From Promethearchaeota archaeon (GTDB lineage Archaea; Asgardarchaeota; Lokiarchaeia; Sigyniarchaeales; SOKP01): 15,797 nucleotides of DNA. Position numbers and translations under genes: made by a program. The notes under the pieces are model-generated. The model did no database searches. It was not told the DNA's origin and saw only the letters and a list, made by a program, of their open reading frames with translations. The stretch spans positions 1-15,797 of the forward strand of contig JBHLNT010000095.1 in the NCBI GenBank assembly GCA_048941265.1, read 5' to 3'. Below, piece after piece: positions 8,757-15,797 of the stretch. Within the stretch, counting starts at the first letter, position 1; each line of letters opens with the position of its first letter.

Positions 8757-9212
8757 TTATCGAACTATTAAAACATCACATTCTGCATTGTTCACCACAT
8801 GGGATGAGACTGTTCCTAACAATGTTCCTATTTTTGAATGATGTCCTTTTCCCCCTAATACTACCAAGTCAAAGTTTTCTTCCTTAATCTTATCTAAGAT
8901 ATAGTGTTCTGGTTTAACATCCTCAACCAGCCTTGTCTCGGTGGGAATCCCTGCCTTTTCGAAAATTTTTTTTGCTTCTTCTAACGTTTTTTCACTTCCT
9001 TTTCTGAATTCTCTTTGATATATTGAATATGAATCATCTGGGATTATATAACCGACACCGAACGCTGGAAAAACTGGTGGAATCATATGATGTTCCATAG
9101 AGTGAAATATTACAACCTGAGACTTCCAGTCTTCATAAAAATCAATAACTTTCTTAAGAGCTTTATGCGCATCCTCAGAGCCATCAATACCTATCAAAAT
9201 TTTTTTATACAT
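8757..9212 (-). CDS. universal stress protein (UspA family)
   Basis: MYKKILIGIDGSE N-terminus; DLVVLGGKG...LLGTVSSHVV...CDVLIVR C-terminus; SD AGGTGG upstream. Confidence 0.95.
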   Translation of the reverse strand: MYKKILIGIDGSEDAHKALKKVIDFYEDWKSQVVIFHSMEHHMIPPVFPAFGVGYIIPDDSYSIYQREFRKGSEKTLEEAKKIFEKAGIPTETRLVEDVKPEHYILDKIKEENFDLVVLGGKGHHSKIGTLLGTVSSHVVNNAECDVLIVR

Positions 9213-9379
9213 TAAACCACCTTTTTATGTTGATAAAATTATCGAAATTGATTTTAGTAAATTACTTCGGAAGAAAATATATTTCTTTTTTATTTAAATA
9301 TACTTTCTATAAATTATAATAAAAAGATTAATTTTAATAATATGTTATGGAGAATCTTATCTCTTTTAAAAAAAATGAT

Positions 9380-10057
9380 TTAAAGTAAGCTAGCAAAGAT
9401 ATTGGGAAGGAAATCAAAGATATAATGTACTAGAATACAAGATATTATCGAACGAGTTTTTATGAATATTATACACAAGATCCACCCCGATATAATTTGT
9501 GCTGCTAGTAATGTAAGAGCTACCGTGATTTGTTGACCATAAGCAAACCAATTATATCCAAAAAAATCAATAGGAATATGCAGCATACCAAATAATAATC
9601 CTCCAAAAAACCATGCTTTTTTAATTCCCAGTGATCTTTCCAATTTACTCGTAATTAATGATCGTGCTATTACTTCTTCAATGATTGCAGGATTAATAAT
9701 GCCATACAAAAGTATTAAAATATTTGTCTTTTCACCACCTAAAAAGAAGAAAATTCCAATAGAATAAATAATAAAAATTATTATCATCAAAATGGAATTT
9801 TTCGAATTACGGGGCAGATTAAATCCTGCATCCTCTCTATCCCTCCCCTTTCTCCAAACTCGAAGAAATATTATCGAGAGTAATACAGTGGAAATGAAGT
9901 ACATATCTATCTGAAATCCAAATAAGATTATAAGAAAAAATGGTAAAGATTTCATAAAATATAATTGGATCATTGAATAGGTTAAAATTATAAAAATGAT
10001 AGCCCATACAAATAATGCTTCAACTATTTCTCCTTTAGAACTTCGAATTTCTTCCAA
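9380..10057 (-). CDS. CPBP/CAAX-family (Abi) intramembrane glutamic protease; the frame extends to ATG 10159 through an in-frame TGA
   Basis: EEVIARS (EExxxR), FGMLH (FxxxH), RS....LVHYIFD (HxxxD/N), multiple TM helices. The track start is TTG 10057. Confidence 0.85.
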   Translation of the reverse strand: MEEIRSSKGEIVEALFVWAIIFIILTYSMIQLYFMKSLPFFLIILFGFQIDMYFISTVLLSIIFLRVWRKGRDREDAGFNLPRNSKNSILMIIIFIIYSIGIFFFLGGEKTNILILLYGIINPAIIEEVIARSLITSKLERSLGIKKAWFFGGLLFGMLHIPIDFFGYNWFAYGQQITVALTLLAAQIISGWILCIIFIKTRSIISCILVHYIFDFLPNIFASLL

Positions 10058-10568
10058 TTCAATAGGATAATCTCCTATTTTTTTTCCAATAATATAAAGT
10101 ATTATTAGTAAAACTACTACTTGAATAATAATAGCAATGGGAATAACAACTCATGCCATAATTTATAAATTCTCTTTTAATTAATAGTTAATTTTTTATT
10201 TTATTTTTTAATATTATTCATTTTAAATCAAGATCGATTTTTCAAATATTTAAGAAAAAGGACTAGAAATTATTAACTAAAAACAAAACCACCTGAACGT
10301 TCTTCAATTAAAATGTGTATTTTAACAGCAAGAAGAACTTACGGACCTAGCAATCTCTCAAAAAAAAGCTTATATTTTTAGTTTAAGTGGATCAAAAGAC
10401 AAGAAAAAAATTAAATATTAAACTTGATATTTTATAATTGGATGTTTTAAGGAATCTAATCATAATGGGAATAATCATTTATTGATATTTGTTTTATTAC
10501 CCTTAATTTTAAAAATCAAGGTAATGAAAAAAATAATAATAGATTAAATTTATTAAAAAAAGTGATCA

Positions 10569-13019
10569 ATGATGAGTCAACAAATTATTACTCAAGAAGA
10601 GGCTAAGAATAATGAAATCAGTGAAGTATTTAATAAATTACATGCACAAGAAAACGGACTCACCTCCTCTGAGGCAAAAAATCGCTTAGAAATATATGGT
10701 CCAAATGAAATCCCTGAAAAGAAAGAAAAACCGATAATAAAGTTTCTACGAAATTTTTGGGGTCCTATCCCTTGGATGATAGAAATTGCAGCTATATTAT
10801 CTATTATAATTGGAGAATTGGATGATTTCTTTGTGATTTTAGCTATGTTGTTAATAAATGCAGTAGTTAGATTTTGGGAAGAGAATAAAGCCGATAATGC
10901 GGTGGAGTTATTAAAACAGAAATTGGCATTGGAAGCACGAGTTTTAAGAGATGGAAAATGGACAGAGTTATTAGCAAGTGGACTTGTACCTGGAGATGTT
11001 ATTCGGGTACGATTAGGAGATATTGTGCCTGCAGATATTAAGTTGTTTGAAGGTGAATTTCTTACATTAGATGAATCTGTATTAACGGGTGAATCTTTAC
11101 CAGTAGACAAAAAAGCTTCTGACATCGCTTATGAGGGTGCAATAGTTAAAAAAGGTGAAATGAATGGGGTTGTAGTTGGTACAGCCACTAATACTTTTTT
11201 TGGTAAGACTACATCTTTAGTTTCTGAAGCTAAAACTAGAAGTCATTTTCAAAAAGCAGTGGTAAAGATAGGAAATTATTTAATTATTTTAGCTATTAGC
11301 TTAGTAACAATTGTGTTTATTGTAGGTTTAATGAGAAATGAAAGTCCATTGGCGTTATTACAATTTACATTAGTATTAATTATTGCGGCAATACCTGTTG
11401 CATTACCTGCCGTTTTAATGGTTTCAATGGCAGTTGGAGCAGCCGACCTTGCTAAAAAAAAAGCTATTGCTAAAAAATTATTATCAATTGAAGAAATGGC
11501 AAGTATGGATATACTATGCTCAGATAAAACAGGCACAATTACTAAAAATGAAATTTCGGTCGGTGAAATAATACCATTAGAAGATTTCTCCCAGGAAGAA
11601 GTTATAAAATATGGTGTTTTGGCGTCAAGAGAAGAAGATAAAGATCCTATAGATGATGCATTCTTTAGTAAATTTAAAGAGTTTAATGGAGATGTTTCAG
11701 GATATAAAGTTTCGAAATTTCAACCATTTGATCCCGTAATCAAGCGAACAGAAGCTCAAGTTGAGAAAGGAAGTGAAAAAGTAAAAGTATCTAAAGGAGC
11801 AATTCAAGTTATTTTATCTTTGGTTTCTAATAAAGAACAAATTGCTTCCCAAATTGAACAACAAGGAGAAATGTTCGCACAACAAGGGTATCGTGCTTTA
11901 GGTGTTGCTAAAATGGATCCTAATGGAGTTTGGCATTATGTGGGATTAGTCGCTCTCTTTGATCCTCCACGAGAAGATTCGGCTGAGGTAATTAAAACAG
12001 CTATTTCTATGGGTGTTGATGTTAAAATGATTACAGGGGATCACAGTGCTATAGCAAAACAAATGGCTACGAAATTAGGAATGGGCACAGATTTTGTTAC
12101 TGCGTCCACGCTTTTAGAAGCAAAAGGAGATGAGGCAGTAAAGTTAGCGGAAGATGCAAATGGATTTGCAGAAGTTTATCCTGAACACAAATATAAAATT
12201 GTGGAAGATCTTCAAAATAAAGGGCATGTTATTGGTATGACAGGTGATGGAGTCAATGATGCTCCTGCGTTGAAAAAAGCAGATGTAGGTATTGCTGTAT
12301 CAAATGCTACTGATGCTGCAAAATCCGCGGCGGATATCGTTCTTACTGAACCAGGACTTTCAATTATAATCGGAGCAACTGAGGAAAGTCGAATAATTTT
12401 TGAGCGCATGAAAAGTTATGCCACTTATCGTATTGCTGAGACAGTCAGAGTGCTAATATTTCTTGTTTTAGCTATTTTAATATTTAGTTTTTATCCGATT
12501 ACAGCTATTATGATAGTGATTTTAGCTTTATTAAACGATTTACCGATAATGACAATAGCTTTTGATAATGCTAGACCTGCACCTAAACCGGTTCGATGGA
12601 AGATGAAAAGAGTACTGATTGTGGCTTCCACATTAGGTATAATCGGTGTTTTTTTCAGTTTCACGCTCTTTTTGATTGGAAGAGATGTGTTTCTACTCGA
12701 TCCACAAACATTACAGACACTAATTTTTCTTAAATTAGCAGTTGGAGGCCATATGACGATTTATTTAACTAGAGCAGAAGAGAACAACTTCTGGCATAGA
12801 CCATTTCCTGCAAAAATATTGATAATAGTCTGTGAAGTAACTCAAGTAGTTGCAACTATTTTTGCTGCGGTTGGAATCCTTATGGCCCCAATTGGTTGGA
12901 CATTAGCACTTTTCGTGTGGGCATATGCATTTTTAGCATTCGTAGTAGCAAATTTTCTAAAAGTATTAACTGTTAGGTGGCTGAATAAGAGAGAATCGAA
13001 AAATATAGAAATATTTTGA
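10569..13019 (+). CDS. plasma-membrane proton-efflux P-type ATPase (P3A), paralogue 2
   Basis: FWGPIPWMIE, LTGESLPV, IPVALP, CSDKTGT, KGA, DPPR, MITGD, TGDGVNDAPALKKAD, YRIAETVR (M5), LLND (M6). Confidence 0.95.
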   Translation: MMSQQIITQEEAKNNEISEVFNKLHAQENGLTSSEAKNRLEIYGPNEIPEKKEKPIIKFLRNFWGPIPWMIEIAAILSIIIGELDDFFVILAMLLINAVVRFWEENKADNAVELLKQKLALEARVLRDGKWTELLASGLVPGDVIRVRLGDIVPADIKLFEGEFLTLDESVLTGESLPVDKKASDIAYEGAIVKKGEMNGVVVGTATNTFFGKTTSLVSEAKTRSHFQKAVVKIGNYLIILAISLVTIVFIVGLMRNESPLALLQFTLVLIIAAIPVALPAVLMVSMAVGAADLAKKKAIAKKLLSIEEMASMDILCSDKTGTITKNEISVGEIIPLEDFSQEEVIKYGVLASREEDKDPIDDAFFSKFKEFNGDVSGYKVSKFQPFDPVIKRTEAQVEKGSEKVKVSKGAIQVILSLVSNKEQIASQIEQQGEMFAQQGYRALGVAKMDPNGVWHYVGLVALFDPPREDSAEVIKTAISMGVDVKMITGDHSAIAKQMATKLGMGTDFVTASTLLEAKGDEAVKLAEDANGFAEVYPEHKYKIVEDLQNKGHVIGMTGDGVNDAPALKKADVGIAVSNATDAAKSAADIVLTEPGLSIIIGATEESRIIFERMKSYATYRIAETVRVLIFLVLAILIFSFYPITAIMIVILALLNDLPIMTIAFDNARPAPKPVRWKMKRVLIVASTLGIIGVFFSFTLFLIGRDVFLLDPQTLQTLIFLKLAVGGHMTIYLTRAEENNFWHRPFPAKILIIVCEVTQVVATIFAAVGILMAPIGWTLALFVWAYAFLAFVVANFLKVLTVRWLNKRESKNIEIF

Positions 13020-13044
13020 AATCCATCTCAATTTATCACTTAAA

Positions 13045-13054
13045 ATTTTTTTTT
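13045..13054 (+). terminator. oligo-T tract after ATPase paralogue 2
   Basis: T10 run 25 nt after the TGA stop, in the gap between convergent genes. Confidence 0.4.
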
Positions 13055-13113
13055 ATAAAACTAATAAAAATATTTTATTTTTTTATTTCCTTTTAAAAAT
13101 GTGAAATTCCTTT

Positions 13114-13440
13114 TCAATGCTTTTTATTTTCAAATTTATCTATATAGTTTTTATAGAGTTGCTCTCTAATTTTTTGCTTAGTAATATCCACTTGTTTAGG
13201 TTTTAAGCTTAAATCTTTATTTTTTAATCCAAATTTAACTAATTCCTCTTCATATTTAATAATAATTTCGTCTTCTAAATTGTATAATTCCAATACCTTA
13301 TCTAAAGCATCAAAAAAACCTAATCCCTCATCTTTATCTTGATTTAACATTTTTGATATATCACTTACACATTTTTTAATTACAGATTCTAAAATCTTGT
13401 GAATGTCCGATTTTTTTTTATTGTTATTAACTTTTACCAA
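13114..13440 (-). CDS. hypothetical protein (108 aa, highly charged)
   Basis: The ORF fills the gap between flanking genes; TTG start preceded by SD-like GGGAGTG; no recognisable motif. Confidence 0.65.
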   Translation of the reverse strand: MVKVNNNKKKSDIHKILESVIKKCVSDISKMLNQDKDEGLGFFDALDKVLELYNLEDEIIIKYEEELVKFGLKNKDLSLKPKQVDITKQKIREQLYKNYIDKFENKKH

Positions 13441-13523
13441 AACAATACACTCCCTTAATTAAAGTTTGTTTTCTTCAGTATTTGTGATTTAATTTTCATA
13501 ATTATAGATTCTAAATATTAAAT

Positions 13524-14771
13524 TTAAGATAAATCATACTGATCATCAAGTAATAAGATTATCCTCCTAACAAGTGAATATGCCTCAGTTAATATTATTG
13601 GATCCACCTTTTCTGGAACATCCTCTCTACTATGTGTATATTTTGCCGCTGAACGTGTCGTTATATCAATAGAATCAAATTTTCTTAAATGGAAAGGGAT
13701 TGAATCTGTATGGGCTCCAACGGTAACATGGAAACTGTTGATATTTATATTTTCTAATCTTGCTGATTCTTGAATATAGTCGTTTAAAATTGGTGAAATT
13801 TTTTTTCGAGGCAATAAACCATATGATTTTATAAATTCTACCTGATTTTTTTTAAGATTTTGAGCTGATACCATATCAAAATTGATCTGAAAGGTTTTAC
13901 CTTTAACAAATTGGTATTCATATTTATCAATAAAATTTCTAGAACCCATAGTCCCTATTTCTTCAGCAGAGAATTGGCAAAACCAAATATTAAAATTATT
14001 TAAAGGATTTATTTTGAAAAAAGAGCTTAATTCAAATACAATTGACATTCCTGAAGCGTTATCTAATGCTCCTAATGATTTATTTTCAGTATTAAGAAAT
14101 AATAGAAAGAAATTTGAGAGAATTACTAATGCTGCTGATAAACCAATAAAAAATTCGAAAATAAGAATTGTCTCTCTAAAATAAATGGAAAACTCATGAT
14201 AATCAATTATAAAGATGAAATAACAAATTCCAAAAAAGATTTCAAAATACATCCAAATTCTAAATAATAACACTCTCCATATTGTTTGATATGTTTGAGA
14301 TTTGGAATCTAAATGAGCTGAAACAATTATATCTCCCAATTCTCTTTGAGAGGAAGTATCTGCTGGAATTTTTGCAAATACATTTGTAGCTGAGATGTTT
14401 TTACCAAAATGTTTTTCCCAGAAACAATTCAATTCTGGATGTCTAAATAATCTATGTGTTGATATCAATATTATAAACATAATGCAAATTATTATCAGAA
14501 TGAGAAAGGGATAAAGATATTTTACTAGTAAGAGTATTGAGATGATAAAGATGTTCATTACTATCATTAGTTTTATAAATATTGTTGAATAAAAATTTGA
14601 AAATTCAAAATTTTGTTTTGTTATTTGTTCATTTTGAAATCCAATTTTTTTAAATGTCTCACTAACTAATTTTACGGCTTTTCTCTCTCCTTCTGTGCCA
14701 GCAAGACGGGGAAAACTAAAAAGTTTAACATATTCAAATAACTTTTCTGTATTTATTATTGATATATTCAT
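13524..14771 (-). CDS. membrane-embedded M28-family metallopeptidase
   Basis: PRLAGTEGE, SAHLDS, GALDNASG, SAEEIGTMGS, NFDMV, HTD, YTHSRED zinc-peptidase motifs, with two pairs of hydrophobic segments inserted. Confidence 0.88.
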   Translation of the reverse strand: MNISIINTEKLFEYVKLFSFPRLAGTEGERKAVKLVSETFKKIGFQNEQITKQNFEFSNFYSTIFIKLMIVMNIFIISILLLVKYLYPFLILIIICIMFIILISTHRLFRHPELNCFWEKHFGKNISATNVFAKIPADTSSQRELGDIIVSAHLDSKSQTYQTIWRVLLFRIWMYFEIFFGICYFIFIIDYHEFSIYFRETILIFEFFIGLSAALVILSNFFLLFLNTENKSLGALDNASGMSIVFELSSFFKINPLNNFNIWFCQFSAEEIGTMGSRNFIDKYEYQFVKGKTFQINFDMVSAQNLKKNQVEFIKSYGLLPRKKISPILNDYIQESARLENININSFHVTVGAHTDSIPFHLRKFDSIDITTRSAAKYTHSREDVPEKVDPIILTEAYSLVRRIILLLDDQYDLS

Positions 14772-14924
14772 AATTTTCTTATTGCAATATAGGCAATTAC
14801 TTTTGATTATTTATTATTATTATTACTTTAATTATATTCTAAATAAAGTATTATCAAAAAGAGAGATCTTATAACAATCCAAATCTCAAACTTTTTTATA
14901 ATTATAATAATGAATAGCCGTCAT

Positions 14925-15797
14925 CTAAATGCTTTTCCACATAGGTTGTCTTTCGATCATATAACCCTTTTTAGCATATTCTCTTATCATTCGATTTGTA
15001 CTGAAATATGAGCCCAATTTTATAGCATATTTCATTCTTTCTTGCCATTCGTTTTGATTATTTTGAAATGTAGGGATAATTTGATATTCAAATTTTTGAT
15101 ATAGATCTTCAGCATCAGAGCGATCATCTAAATTATTTGCATTAGGATCGTTTGGCTCAGGGCCTATTGCCCAACCAGCCATTTTGTCTGAGAGATTATA
15201 TCCTTCTATCCACCAACCATCTAAAACAGAGAAATTTAATACTCCATTTATAGCAGCTTTCATACCGCTAGTACCACTCGCTTCATTATATCTTCTAGGA
15301 TTATTAAGCCACAAATCAACACCACTTACCAATAGTTTTGCAAGTTCTATTTCGTAATTTTCTAAAAATACCAAACCAATTTTATAAGAATTCCACAGAT
15401 AATCACTAAAATCATTAATATTCTTAATATAAGATTTAGATTGAAGATCTGCCGGATGAGCTTTTCCGGCAAAAATGATTTGTGCCTTATTTTTAATAAT
15501 CTTAGCTAATCTTTCAATATCCGTGAAAATAAGCAAGGGTCTTTTATATTCTGCCATTCTTCGAGCGAATCCTATTGTTAATAAGTTTTTATCAAATAAA
15601 ATCCAAGAATGTGATCTTTCATAATTTATTAGATCTTTTTTCGCTTTAAGATGCGTTCGCCAGAGTTCATAGCCATCTAATTCTGTTGCTCGCTCTAAAA
15701 TACTTATATCATGATGCCAATCACGCCCTAATTCGTTATTTAAGAAATTTCTCATATAATCTGAAAGCCAGTAGCCATGATGAATACCATTAGTTAT
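14925..15797 (-). CDS. glgP: alpha-glucan (glycogen/starch) phosphorylase, C-terminal part (5' end outside window)
   Basis: Frame open to the window edge (ITNGIHHGYWLS...), IGFARRMAEYKR, IFAGKAHPAD, EASGTSGMKAAINGVLNFSVLDGWW PLP-binding motif. Confidence 0.95.
   Translation of the reverse strand: MTNGIHHGYWLSDYMRNFLNNELGRDWHHDISILERATELDGYELWRTHLKAKKDLINYERSHSWILFDKNLLTIGFARRMAEYKRPLLIFTDIERLAKIIKNKAQIIFAGKAHPADLQSKSYIKNINDFSDYLWNSYKIGLVFLENYEIELAKLLVSGVDLWLNNPRRYNEASGTSGMKAAINGVLNFSVLDGWWIEGYNLSDKMAGWAIGPEPNDPNANNLDDRSDAEDLYQKFEYQIIPTFQNNQNEWQERMKYAIKLGSYFSTNRMIREYAKKGYMIERQPMWKSI

Noticed and set aside
10061-10079. 7-bp hairpin in the CPBP 5' region as a second BHB intron
   Set aside because: The flanks do not form a 4-bp helix with two 3-nt bulges, and excision would not remove the TGA at 10151-10153.
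10151-10153. TGA as selenocysteine
   Set aside because: The position precedes a TM helix in a non-redox family, and I could not identify a SECIS-like structure.
10200-10440. Possible small ORF or ncRNA in the long divergent intergenic region
   Set aside because: Only short open frames without a convincing start or motif, and no clear stable structure.
10592-12409. Minus-strand ORFs 10592-11125, 11276-11536 and 12212-12409
   Set aside because: Antisense shadows of H+-ATPase 2 with typical mirror-frame composition.
14811-14825. (TTA)5 run
   Set aside because: Trivial low-complexity sequence in AT-rich intergenic DNA.
1-15797. CRISPR arrays, tRNA/rRNA genes, transposases
   Set aside because: No regularly spaced repeats, GC-rich structured RNA segments or transposase-like ORFs were seen by eye.

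Overview
AT-rich window with archaeal-style Shine-Dalgarno sites (GAGGTGA, GGTGG, GGAGTG) and oligo-T tracts after genes. The gene content suggests an archaeon, possibly Asgard/Lokiarchaeia; this is an inference, not verified. It carries the 3' end of a SAM-methyltransferase-like gene, an acetoacetyl-CoA synthetase, an LLM/F420-type oxidoreductase, a gamma-carbonic-anhydrase-like protein, corA, two divergent P3A-type H+-ATPases, a USP plus a USP remnant, a CPBP protease, a membrane M28 peptidase and the 3' part of an alpha-glucan phosphorylase. The main observation is that the acetoacetyl-CoA synthetase appears split into two in-frame ORFs by a 30-nt stop-containing insert (1191-1220). The insert folds with the flanking sequence into a bulge-helix-bulge (BHB) motif. 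Cutting at the canonical BHB positions removes exactly those 30 nt and restores the conserved WMMWNW motif, making it a candidate tRNA-endonuclease-type intron in a metabolic mRNA. Secondary oddities are an apparent ATT start codon, an in-frame TGA at codon 3 of the CPBP gene, and two H+-pump paralogues with different M5 residues.
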